The notes under the pieces are model-generated. The model did not search any database, was not told where the DNA came from, and saw only the letters and a list, made by a program, of their open reading frames with translations. From Desulfobacterales bacterium (lineage in GTDB: Bacteria; Desulfobacterota; Desulfobacteria; Desulfobacterales; UBA5852), in the NCBI GenBank assembly GCA_963674755.2, contig CAXXVS010000003.1, positions 160,001-224,000 on the forward strand: DNA of 64,000 nt. Direction: 5' to 3'. A program made the position numbers and the translations under genes. Positions within the stretch are counted from its first letter, which is position 1. Every line of letters starts with the position of its first letter. Of this stretch, positions 35,671 to 45,182 are shown one piece after another.

Positions 35671-37368
35671 TTACAACCGCCGGAGAATCTTCACCGCCTG
35701 TTGGGACACATACGCTTTTCCGGTCGCCGGGGCGTAGACCGTCAATCCGGGCAGCTGAATGCTGCGGGTCCTGCCCTTGTGCTCGATCAACATGATGTCT
35801 TTGCTGACCGGCAGTTTGGCACCCTTGACCAGCAGGACCGGATTGGTCGGATCCGATTCATCGATGTGGAACGCCAACCCCGCATCCTCGAGATCGACAT
35901 AGAGATAATCCGATGCTTTCGCCAGATCGGCCCCCATGGCATCGGCCGCCATGTAGGCTAGATCCGTATTGTCGATAATGCCCACCGGCGCGTCGGCACC
36001 CTGGATCCAAACCGGAACGGTTTCGCCATTGTGGCCGTGGGTGGTCCAGCCGATGACCGTATAATTGTTGCTGAGAACCCGTGCCAGGGCATACGCCAGG
36101 CCCACGGTGGGTTCAAGGCTGCGGATCGCGGCCACGTCGTCGTCCGTTATGTCCAGGCGCCAGTATTGGGCGACTTTGGCCTTCAGCTCCGCATCGCTGT
36201 CGTTTTCCAGCATCGCCACCAAACCGACCGAAGAGATGGTCATGCCCTGGAGAGGCGCCACCAGATCCTCGATCTTGGTTTCCGTGTAATCCACCGCGGT
36301 GGTGTAGTGGCCGATCTTCATGCCGCCCGTGTTGTGGTCCGGGAAGGCCAGCACGAGGGTGCGTCCGTCGGTTTCGGCAAAATCACAGGCCACTTTGACG
36401 GCATCGTCGAAGGCGATGAAATCCCTGACCATATAGATCGGGTCGTTGTTGTGGCCGGCCCAGTCCACCTGGGAACCTTCCACCATCAAGAAGAAGCCGT
36501 CCTTGTCCTGGGAGAGAAGCTCGACGGCTTTGGCCGTCATCTCGGCCAAGGACGGTTCGTGCTCCGCAAAGTACGGGCGGTCCATGTCCGGCTGCATATG
36601 GCTGTCGTCGAACATGCCCCACACCGGACCCTCCCGCAGGGCCAGCATGTCATCCCGGTTGTCCACAAAGGCATAGCCGCGCTCCTGGAGGACCCCCAGC
36701 AGGTTTTCCCCGTCCGTGCGCTTGCCGCCCCATTCGTCACCAAAGGTGGTCGTGTAGCTTTCGCCGCTCGGGATCAGATGGCGGGCTCCCCCGCCGAAGA
36801 CGACGTCTACATTGTTGTATACCATGTGCTCCATGATCTCGTTGTCCCAGCCGCGGTCTTCAATATGGCAGGCAAAGGCGGCCGGGGTGGCGTGGGTGAC
36901 CCGTGAGGTGGCCACGATCCCCGTGGCTTTGCCTTTGAGTTGGGCCGCTTCCAAAATGCTGGCCACCGGGGCATAGGGTGCCGCCGTGGGTTCGAACCCG
37001 GTCAGCAGGTCCGCGGTGCGTGGCCCCACGCCGAGAAATCGCACGGTGGTTTTGTGCCCGGTGGCGAACGCCGTTGCGGCTGCCGCCGAACCGGTGATGA
37101 TCGAATTGGCCATGTGGATCTTCACGCCGCCCCCCACCATGCGGTCCACCTGCAGATCTTCGCCTTTATACCAACGGGCGACGGTCTGCACGGTTTCATC
37201 GCATCCGTCGGGAATCATGACGATAACATTCCGGAAGCCGCCATGGCGGTGTCCTTCGCGCAGTCCCTTGTCCTTGCCGTTGAACCCCATAGCGCCGGGA
37301 GCCGCCATAAACATCATGACCGCCAGCACCAGGGCCGTAATCGCCGTTGCTGTTCTTCTTCTGTACAT
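35671..37368 (-). CDS. phoA: alkaline phosphatase (PhoA family), secreted
   Basis: Signal peptide; VMIPDG, TGSAAAATA, THATPA, GFFLMVEGSQVDWAGHNND, PDHNTGG, HNGE. GAGGAG-like SD. Confidence 0.88.
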   Translation of the reverse strand: MYRRRTATAITALVLAVMMFMAAPGAMGFNGKDKGLREGHRHGGFRNVIVMIPDGCDETVQTVARWYKGEDLQVDRMVGGGVKIHMANSIITGSAAAATAFATGHKTTVRFLGVGPRTADLLTGFEPTAAPYAPVASILEAAQLKGKATGIVATSRVTHATPAAFACHIEDRGWDNEIMEHMVYNNVDVVFGGGARHLIPSGESYTTTFGDEWGGKRTDGENLLGVLQERGYAFVDNRDDMLALREGPVWGMFDDSHMQPDMDRPYFAEHEPSLAEMTAKAVELLSQDKDGFFLMVEGSQVDWAGHNNDPIYMVRDFIAFDDAVKVACDFAETDGRTLVLAFPDHNTGGMKIGHYTTAVDYTETKIEDLVAPLQGMTISSVGLVAMLENDSDAELKAKVAQYWRLDITDDDVAAIRSLEPTVGLAYALARVLSNNYTVIGWTTHGHNGETVPVWIQGADAPVGIIDNTDLAYMAADAMGADLAKASDYLYVDLEDAGLAFHIDESDPTNPVLLVKGAKLPVSKDIMLIEHKGRTRSIQLPGLTVYAPATGKAYVSQQAVKILRRL

Positions 37369-37518
37369 CCTCGTGCCTCCTCTCTCAGGTTGAACTGCCA
37401 TTGGGTGGCGCCCCGATCAGGACGCACACGTCCCGGGGGCCTTTGACTGATAAAAATCCCTGGGGAATGAACTGCCCCGCCGCAAACGGCGGGATTGGGG
37501 GAAGGATGGCGAACGGGA

Positions 37519-37558
37519 ATTAAGTGCCCATTACAGGCCGGTTAGAAAATCGTGAGAG
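37519..37558 (-). promoter_or_regulatory. four pho-box-like half-sites
   Basis: Minus strand CTCTCAC-N4-TTCTAAC-N4-CTGTAAT-N4-ACTTAAT with an exact 11-nt period, upstream of the alkaline phosphatase. Confidence 0.6.
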
Positions 37559-37640
37559 GGTGTGCCGACGGTTTGACATCGAGACCAAAATGGCCCATCT
37601 TTACGATTCAAATGTTCATTTAAATTCGTGGTGAACCAAG

Positions 37641-38777
37641 ATGCGCATGTGGAAAAAAGTCTTGCTGGCCTTTTGCGGCGTATTGCTGGTGGCAGGCTTA
37701 TTGGGCGGCATCAAATTCTTGCAGATCGACCGCATGATCGCCCAGGGCAAAGCGTTTGTTCCGCCCCCGGCCACCGTGACCGCCACTGCCGTGACCGCCG
37801 CCACCTGGGAGCAACGGCTGACGGCGGTGGGGTCCCTCGACGCGGTGCAGGGGGTGACCGTTACGGCCGAATTGAGCGGCAAGGTGGCCCATATCGCTTT
37901 CGAACCGGGAAGCTATGTCAAGGCCGGGGATCTGCTGTTGCAGCAGGACGTATCCTCCGAATCCGCCCAACTGCGGTCCGACGAGGCCACCCTGGCGCTG
38001 AAAAAGGCTAACTACGAACGCTCCAAGGAGCTGTTGGCCCAAAAGGTGGCCACCCGGGCTACCTACGACCAGGCCCTGGCCGAATACCGGCAGGCCCAGG
38101 CGGGCATCGACAGCATTCGCTCCGTCATCGCCAAGAAAACCATCCGCGCCCCCTTTGCCGGACGGTTGGGGATCCGGCTGGTCAATTTGGGACAGAATCT
38201 GGAAGGGGGCCAACCCATCGTATCCCTCCAGTCCCTGGACCCGATCTTCGTCAACTTTTCCCTGCCCCAGGAGGATGTGGCCCGGATCCAGCCGGGTCTT
38301 ACCGTCCGCGTTGCCACCGACGCCCTGCCCGGTGAAGAGATCGAAGGCCGGATCACGGCCATCAACCCCCAGGTGGACGAGGCCACGCGCAATATCCGCA
38401 TCCAGGCCACGGTGGAAAATCTTCAGGAACGGCTGCGGCCCGGCATGTACGCCACCGTAAGTGTCATCCTGCCCGACAAGAACGCGGTCCTGGTGATTCC
38501 CACCACGGCGGTGCTCTACGCACCTTACAGCGATTCGGTCTTCGTCTTGGAGGAGACGCCTTCCGAGGGCCAAAATTCTTCCGACCTGAAGATTCGCCAG
38601 CAGTTTGTCCGTCTGGGCGAACAGCGTGGCGACTTCGTGGCGGTGGTCTCGGGCCTCAAACAGGGGGACACCGTGGTGAGCACAGGCGTGTTCAAATACC
38701 GCAACGGGCAAAATGTCGTCGTGGACAATACCCTGGAACCGGAGTTCCGTTTGTCGCCCAACCCCCAGGACCGGTAA
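37641..38777 (+). CDS. RND efflux periplasmic adaptor (membrane fusion protein)
   Basis: N-terminal TM helix, lipoyl-like VKAGDLL, IRAPFAG, LRPGMY. Confidence 0.92.
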   Translation: MRMWKKVLLAFCGVLLVAGLLGGIKFLQIDRMIAQGKAFVPPPATVTATAVTAATWEQRLTAVGSLDAVQGVTVTAELSGKVAHIAFEPGSYVKAGDLLLQQDVSSESAQLRSDEATLALKKANYERSKELLAQKVATRATYDQALAEYRQAQAGIDSIRSVIAKKTIRAPFAGRLGIRLVNLGQNLEGGQPIVSLQSLDPIFVNFSLPQEDVARIQPGLTVRVATDALPGEEIEGRITAINPQVDEATRNIRIQATVENLQERLRPGMYATVSVILPDKNAVLVIPTTAVLYAPYSDSVFVLEETPSEGQNSSDLKIRQQFVRLGEQRGDFVAVVSGLKQGDTVVSTGVFKYRNGQNVVVDNTLEPEFRLSPNPQDR

Positions 38778-38857
38778 GGGGCCTGCCCCGTCGAATTTCG
38801 TGAAAAAAAACCGCTGCCCACGATAACGCACCACCTGCTTCTTGAGCGAAATGTTGT

Positions 38858-41800
38858 ATGAAATTCACTGACATCTTCATCCGGCGCCCCATCCTGGCCC
38901 TGGTCATCAACCTCGTGATCATTATTGCCGGCCTGCAGGCCATCCGGTCCCTCAATGTCCGCCAGTACCCCCGCAGCGACAATGCCTCCGTGACGGTGAC
39001 CACCATCTATGTGGGCGCCAATGCGGATCTCGTGCGCGGGTTCATCACCACGCCCCTGGAGCGCGCCATCGCCGCCGCCGACGGAATCGACTACATCAAA
39101 TCCGAAAGCCGCCTGGGCCTTTCCACCATCACCGTGCGGCTGAAGCTGAACTACGATCCCATCAAGGCCCTCTCGGAAATCAGCTCCAAGGTGGACCAGG
39201 TGCGGGGCGACCTGCCGCCGGAGGCCGAGGTGCCCATCATCAATGTGGAGTCCGCCGACAGCCAATTCGCCTCGGCCTACCTGAGCTTCACCTCGGATGT
39301 CCTCAAACAGAACGAGATCACCGACTACCTGGTGCGCGCCGTGCAGCCCCAGCTCTCGGCCCTGGAAGGCGTCCAGCGGGCGGACATCCTGGGAGCCCGC
39401 ACCTTTGCCATGCGCATCTGGCTGAAGCCCGAACGCATGGCCGCCTATCACATCAGTCCCGTCGAGGTGCGCCAGGCCCTGGCAGCCAACAACTTCCTGG
39501 CGGCCGTGGGCCAGACCAAGGGGTCCCTGGTCCAGGTCAACCTGATCGCCAATACCGACCTGCGCTCGGTGGAGGAATTCAAACAACTGGCCATCCGCCA
39601 GCAAGGTGGTGCCATCGTCCGCCTGCAGGATATCGCGGACGTCGAACTGGGGGCCGAAAATTACGACGCCCAGGTCCGTTTCTCCGGACAGACGGCGGTC
39701 TTCATGGGCATCTGGGCCCTGCCCAACGCCAACTCGCTCGACGTCATCAGCCGGGTCCGCACGGCCATGGAGGCCGTTCAGAACCGCCTGCCCAGCGGCT
39801 TGCAGGCCCGCATTGCCTACGATGCCACCGACTATATCCGCAATGCCATTCACGAAGTCGTCAAGACCCTGAGTGAAACCCTCCTGATCGTCATCGTGAT
39901 CATTTTCCTTTTCCTGGGATCCCTGCGCTCGGCCGTCATCCCGGTGGTGGCGATCCCCCTGTCCCTCATTGGCGGCGTGTTTCTCATGCAGGTCTTCGGG
40001 TTCACCATCAACCTGCTGACCCTGCTGGCCATCGTCCTGTCGGTGGGACTGGTGGTGGATGATGCCATCGTGGTGGTGGAAAATGTCGAACGGCATCTGC
40101 ATGAGGGCCAGTCACCGATGCAGGCCGCCATCCTGGGGGCCCGGGAACTCGTCAGCCCGCTGATCTCCATGACCATTACCCTGGCGGCGGTCTATGCCCC
40201 CATCGGCCTGCAAGGCGGTCTGACCGGCTCCCTGTTCCGCGAATTCGCCTTCACCCTGGCCGGAGCCGTCGTCATCTCCGGCATCGTCGCCATCACCCTC
40301 TCGCCCATGATGGCCTCCCGGCTCTTGCGCAAAGGCATGTCCGAAAAGGGGTTTGCAGGCAAAATCAACCGGGATTTCGACCGCCTGCGCGGGCGCTACG
40401 GCCAGCTGCTGGATGCCACCCTCGACGCCCGTCCGGCGGTCTACGTGGTCTGGATCGCCATCAGCCTGCTGGCCATCCCCATGTACCGCATGTCGGCCAA
40501 AGAGCTGGCCCCCAAAGAGGACCAGGGCATCCTTTTCGGCATCGTCGAAGCGGCCGCCAATTCCACCCTGGACCAGACCAGCCGCTATACCGCCGCCGCC
40601 AACGATATCTTCTTCCAGACCCCGGAAACGGATTTCTCCTTCCAGGTGACCCAGCCCTCGTCGGGATTCGCCGGCATGGTGGTCAAACCCTGGGACGAGC
40701 GGGAGCGCACCATCGAGGAGATCCTGCCGGAAGTGCAGGGCAAACTCGGCACCATCCCGGGCATCCGCATGTTCGCCACCACGCCCTCGGCCCTTCCCGG
40801 CGGGGGGCAGTTCCCGGTGGAATTTGTTATCGCCTCCACGGCGGAGCCCGATCAGATTCTGGCGTTTGCCCAGCAGATCCAGCGCAAGGCGATGGCAAGC
40901 GGCATGTTCGCCTTTCCTCCCATCATCGACCTCAAGATCGACCAGCCCCAGTCCGAACTGATCATCGACCGGGACAAAACAGCCGATCTGAACTTGAGTC
41001 TCGAACAGGTGGGCAACGACATCGCCTCCATGATGGGCGGCAACTACGTCAATCGCTTCAACATCGCTGGACGCAGCTACAAGGTCATCCCCCAGATCAA
41101 ACGCATCGATCGCCTCACCCCGGGCCAGTTGAAAAACATTTACGTCACCGGCCCGGACGGCGGGCTGATCCCCCTCAGCACCATCGCCACCCTCCGCAAC
41201 GAGACGGTGCCCCGCGCGCTGCTGCGTTTCCAACAGCTCAACGCCGTCACCATCAGCGGCGTTGCGGTGCGCCCGCTGGACGAGGCCCTGCGTTTTCTCG
41301 AGGACCAGGCCGCCCAGATCCTGCCCAAGGGCTACGTGCTGGACTATACCGGAGAGTCGCGTCAGCTGCGGGTCGAGGGCAACACCTTTATCCAGGCCTT
41401 CACCCTGGCGGTCATCCTCATCTTCCTGGTGCTGGCGGCCCAGTTCAACAGCTTCCGGGACCCCTTCGTCATCCTGGCCGGATCGGTGCCCCTGGCCATG
41501 TTCGGGGCCCTGGTGTTCACCTTCCTCAAAATGCCCGACCCCAACGTAGCCTTCTGGACCAAGGGCTGGACCACGACCCTCAACATCTACTCCCAGGTGG
41601 GCCTGGTGACCCTGGTGGGTCTGGTGTCCAAAAACGGCATCCTGATCGTGGAGTTCGCCAACAAGCTCCAGGAAACCGGCTTGAGCAAACGCCGGGCCGT
41701 GCACCAGGCGGCCCTGACCCGCCTGCGGCCCATCCTCATGACCACCGGCGCCACCATCGCCGGCCATTTCCCCCTGGTGCTGGTGAGCGGGGCCGGAGCC

Positions 41801-41941
41801 GCGGCCCGCAACTCCATCGGTCTCGTCCTGGTGGGCGGCATGGCCATCGGCACCTTGTTCACCCTCTTCGTGGTCCCCTCGATCTACATGCTGGTAGCCC
41901 GCGACCACTCCATCAAAGCCCAGCCCGAGGTGGACGTCTAA
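38858..41941 (+). CDS. RND efflux permease (AcrB/AcrD/AcrF family)
   Basis: FIRRP start, GLVVDDAIVVVENV, KNGILIVEFA, RLRPILMT; 1027 aa. Confidence 0.95.
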   Translation: MKFTDIFIRRPILALVINLVIIIAGLQAIRSLNVRQYPRSDNASVTVTTIYVGANADLVRGFITTPLERAIAAADGIDYIKSESRLGLSTITVRLKLNYDPIKALSEISSKVDQVRGDLPPEAEVPIINVESADSQFASAYLSFTSDVLKQNEITDYLVRAVQPQLSALEGVQRADILGARTFAMRIWLKPERMAAYHISPVEVRQALAANNFLAAVGQTKGSLVQVNLIANTDLRSVEEFKQLAIRQQGGAIVRLQDIADVELGAENYDAQVRFSGQTAVFMGIWALPNANSLDVISRVRTAMEAVQNRLPSGLQARIAYDATDYIRNAIHEVVKTLSETLLIVIVIIFLFLGSLRSAVIPVVAIPLSLIGGVFLMQVFGFTINLLTLLAIVLSVGLVVDDAIVVVENVERHLHEGQSPMQAAILGARELVSPLISMTITLAAVYAPIGLQGGLTGSLFREFAFTLAGAVVISGIVAITLSPMMASRLLRKGMSEKGFAGKINRDFDRLRGRYGQLLDATLDARPAVYVVWIAISLLAIPMYRMSAKELAPKEDQGILFGIVEAAANSTLDQTSRYTAAANDIFFQTPETDFSFQVTQPSSGFAGMVVKPWDERERTIEEILPEVQGKLGTIPGIRMFATTPSALPGGGQFPVEFVIASTAEPDQILAFAQQIQRKAMASGMFAFPPIIDLKIDQPQSELIIDRDKTADLNLSLEQVGNDIASMMGGNYVNRFNIAGRSYKVIPQIKRIDRLTPGQLKNIYVTGPDGGLIPLSTIATLRNETVPRALLRFQQLNAVTISGVAVRPLDEALRFLEDQAAQILPKGYVLDYTGESRQLRVEGNTFIQAFTLAVILIFLVLAAQFNSFRDPFVILAGSVPLAMFGALVFTFLKMPDPNVAFWTKGWTTTLNIYSQVGLVTLVGLVSKNGILIVEFANKLQETGLSKRRAVHQAALTRLRPILMTTGATIAGHFPLVLVSGAGAAARNSIGLVLVGGMAIGTLFTLFVVPSIYMLVARDHSIKAQPEVDV

Positions 41942-42056
41942 TCCTGATATTCCCGAATCAAGGTGTATGGATTATGAGGAGCGCGGTTTTCTTCCGTACA
42001 CCTTAGCGATGATCGATACACGCAACACGGATATGGGAGGAGTGTGCTTCGGAACT

Positions 42057-42385
42057 TTCAAGCGCAAGGCCTGAGAAAGGAGGCGTACGCCAGTACGCCG
42101 CACCGACGAGGGGCCGCCGTGCAACGCCCATATTGGACTATCTCACTGAGGGCTTCGTAAACGTTCAAGATCAAGGCGCGCAAGGCCTGAGAAGGGAGGC
42201 GTACGCCAGTACGCCGCACCGACGAGGGCCGCCGTGCAACGCCCATATTGGGCTATCTCACTGAGGGCTTCGTAAACGTTCAAGATCAAGGCGCGCAAGG
42301 CCTGAGAAGGGAGGCGTACGCCAGTACGCCGCACCGACGAGGGCCGCCGTGCAACGCCGATATTGGACGTTTACGGAGCCCTCAG
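42057..42385 (+). repeat. tandem array (about 2.8 x 115 bp) of repeat family 2
   Basis: CTGAGGGCTTCGTAAACG at 42146 and 42261; the last unit closes with the inverted end ACGTTTACGGAGCCCTCAG. Confidence 0.9.
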
Positions 42386-44097
42386 AGGAAGTAGAAGCCG
42401 AGGGCCGCGTCGTACGGATCCGTGCCGTGAAACTGGCAGCCCACCGTATCCGCGAAAACCGATCGTACCACCCCGGTCTTTTTGATGAGGGTCTGGTTGG
42501 CGTTATCCAGATTGAAGCGCACCTGCAGCTGATCGCCCACCCGCAGCAGTCCGGCATTGCCGCATTTGAACTGCAGCCCGGTTTTGGAGAGGTTCTGCAC
42601 CACCATGGGACCCCACACATCCCCCGAGGCCAGCTTGTTGCCGCTGTGCCGGGACTGGGCGAAATAGCCCTCCAGCCGCACCTCCTTACGGAAGTTGGTC
42701 CGCAATTCCCGGATGATGCGAAAGCGGTGGCGGCAGGGGCACTGCACCCGTACGGCCGACCCCATGAGCTCGAAAAGCTTCTCGGGCACGGCATCCTGAA
42801 ACCCGCATTGGGGGCAGGTCATCTCGTACTTGCCGTCCAGGCCCGGGAAAACCGACGTGCGTCCGTCGCTTCCCGCCTGTTTGTCGGCGGCAAACTTCAT
42901 CCGCGGCCTGACTTTACCACCGGATCGCGTGTTCTGGGACGCGGCCAGCCGGCGGCGGGTGGCCGGGGCCGCCGGTGCTGGTTCGTCGATGATCTCGATA
43001 TCGGCGATATCGATGGTTTCCACGGCGGATTCGGCGGTTTTCTCCCCCGGAGCGGGAGAGGCGCCTGGGCGGGGCTGAATCAACGCCGGGCCGGGCCGGG
43101 CATGGGGCAGGGCTTCCGCCATGAGCCGCCCGGCCAGTTTGACCAGGGAAATGGCATAGTCGACCCAGCGCATGGGATGGGAAGAGGCCACGCCGATGAT
43201 GCCGATCGGCGTCTGCTTGCGGAAGATGACGTGGCAGAGGATAGCGCTCAGGTCCATCTGATGCCACGCCCGCAGCGCTTTGCGCTCCAGATGGGAAAGC
43301 GTCCCCGTATCGTTGACCACCCATTCGCGATTTTTGTTAAGCTGGCTGTAGATGCGGGCCATGAGCGCCAACGGCATGGGCGGGGGCGGGGGCGGGGGCG
43401 CGCTTTCCTGGGGGGTCAAATGCCAGTTGAAATCCGTCACCAGGCACTGCTCTTTGACGTCGACGCGGCTGACAAACCCGTATTGGGCCCCGGCGAAGAG
43501 ACCGATTTTCTCCAGCGCGCCGCCGATCGTGATGGCGGTCCCCACCGTCCGGGACGGGTCAAAGGCATCCACCCAGCTGAAGATCAGATTCACCAGATCC
43601 TGCACGGTCTGGGCATCCTGCATGGCCAGGCGCAGGTCCGTGATATCGGAGAGGGCCAGGTGAACGCGGGGCGCCCGATCGCCCTTGCCGCGCAACAGCC
43701 CCAACTCGATCTGGGCGTGGCGGGGGGTGCCGGGTGCCGCTACCAGTTCGACTTCCACGCTCTGGCGCTTGGCCGAGCGCTGGAGTTCGTTCCAGTGGGA
43801 GTAGAACACCACCAGGTCGTCGATCTTGACGAACAGGGAAAAGGGTTTGCCTTTGACCGTGCCGGCGTTCTGCCCGATGATCTTGAGAGCCTTGGCGTCG
43901 GCCGCCAGGATGAGGCCGGCCCGGTCCAGCAGCAGGGAGCCCACGTCCACCAGGTTGCGCCCGCACTGACCGCAGTATTTGAAAAAGGGAGGATTGATCG
44001 TGCCGCATCCGGGGCAGGCGTTCTTCAGCTGCGCTCCGCATCCGCCGCAGTAGTTCTGGCCCTCGGCTGTTTCGGCACTACATTTAGGGCAGCTCAT
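42382..44097 (-). CDS. double zinc ribbon + PAS-like + GAF-like + zinc ribbon + PilZ protein
   Basis: Four N-terminal CxxC; CPQC...CPC; PilZ motifs RTNFR and NLSKTG. Confidence 0.8.
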   Translation of the reverse strand: MSCPKCSAETAEGQNYCGGCGAQLKNACPGCGTINPPFFKYCGQCGRNLVDVGSLLLDRAGLILAADAKALKIIGQNAGTVKGKPFSLFVKIDDLVVFYSHWNELQRSAKRQSVEVELVAAPGTPRHAQIELGLLRGKGDRAPRVHLALSDITDLRLAMQDAQTVQDLVNLIFSWVDAFDPSRTVGTAITIGGALEKIGLFAGAQYGFVSRVDVKEQCLVTDFNWHLTPQESAPPPPPPPMPLALMARIYSQLNKNREWVVNDTGTLSHLERKALRAWHQMDLSAILCHVIFRKQTPIGIIGVASSHPMRWVDYAISLVKLAGRLMAEALPHARPGPALIQPRPGASPAPGEKTAESAVETIDIADIEIIDEPAPAAPATRRRLAASQNTRSGGKVRPRMKFAADKQAGSDGRTSVFPGLDGKYEMTCPQCGFQDAVPEKLFELMGSAVRVQCPCRHRFRIIRELRTNFRKEVRLEGYFAQSRHSGNKLASGDVWGPMVVQNLSKTGLQFKCGNAGLLRVGDQLQVRFNLDNANQTLIKKTGVVRSVFADTVGCQFHGTDPYDAALGFYFL

Positions 44098-44267
44098 AAA
44101 AGTGCTCTATAGCCCATTATTTCCCAATAAATCAAGACGATGTTGTAATTTCATCCCACCCGCTCCTCACCATGTCACCCGCCATGGAGACCGGTTGCAA
44201 CAGGGCGCCGATCAGGCTATGGATACCCCAGCGGCTCGGCGGCGAGCCGCAGACACGGGAGGGCACC

Positions 44268-45182
44268 ATGGCCCCGCGCGACCCCCAGGAAGGGCTAATT
44301 TTCGACGTACAGCGATTTTCCCTGCACGACGGGCCGGGCATCCGGTCCACGGTGTTTTTCAAGGGCTGCCCCTTGCGCTGCCGTTGGTGCCAAAATCCCG
44401 AATCCCAAACGCGCACCCCGGAAATGGCTTTTTACCAAGAGCGCTGCCAGGCCTGCTTCTGCTGCGAGGCGGTCTGCCCCGAACAGGCCATCACCCGCCG
44501 ACCTGAGGCGCGCATCGACTTTGTCCGCTGCTCCGCCTGCGGCGCCTGCGCCGCGCGCTGCGATCCCCAGGCAATCGTGACGATCGGACAGCGCTGGCCG
44601 GTTGACCGGCTGGTGGCTGAGATCGAAAAGGACCGTGATTTTTTCGAAGACTCGGGAGGCGGGGTAACGTTCTCCGGGGGGGAGCCCATGGGGCAACATG
44701 CCTTTCTGGCCTGCCTGCTGCCGGCGCTTAAAGCACGCGGCCTGCATGTTGCCCTGGAAACCTGCGGCGTGTTCACCTGGCAGCAGATCGAGCCCCTGTT
44801 GCCCCATCTGGACCTGATCTACTTCGACCTCAAGCACATGACGCCGGACATCCACAGGGCCCTGACCGGAAGGGACAATATCCTCATCCAGGAGAACTTC
44901 AGGCGGCTTGCGTCGCGCTTTGCCGGCCTGCGGGCGCGCATGCCGCTGGTGCCCGGCATGAACGACGATGAGGCCAATCTGCGGGCCACGGCCCGTTTTC
45001 TCGCAGTAAACCGGCACGACCGCATCCATTGCCTGCCCTACCACAACCTGGGCGAGGCCAAGCTGGCGCGGCTGCAGACCGCGCTGCATCCCTTGAAAAC
45101 CGATCGGCCGACGCCCGAACGACTTGCGTGGGTGGCGGATATCTTTGCCCAGGAGGGGATCCATGCCCTTATCTACGATTGA
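44268..45182 (+). CDS. glycyl-radical enzyme activating enzyme
   Basis: HDGPGIRSTVFFKGCPLRCRWCQNPE, ferredoxin insert with two CxxCxxCxxxC, GGVTFSGGEP. Confidence 0.93.
   Translation: MAPRDPQEGLIFDVQRFSLHDGPGIRSTVFFKGCPLRCRWCQNPESQTRTPEMAFYQERCQACFCCEAVCPEQAITRRPEARIDFVRCSACGACAARCDPQAIVTIGQRWPVDRLVAEIEKDRDFFEDSGGGVTFSGGEPMGQHAFLACLLPALKARGLHVALETCGVFTWQQIEPLLPHLDLIYFDLKHMTPDIHRALTGRDNILIQENFRRLASRFAGLRARMPLVPGMNDDEANLRATARFLAVNRHDRIHCLPYHNLGEAKLARLQTALHPLKTDRPTPERLAWVADIFAQEGIHALIYD

Noticed and set aside
42057..42385. Possible CRISPR array
   Set aside because: Units are near-identical over the full 115 bp, with no unique spacers and no cas genes.
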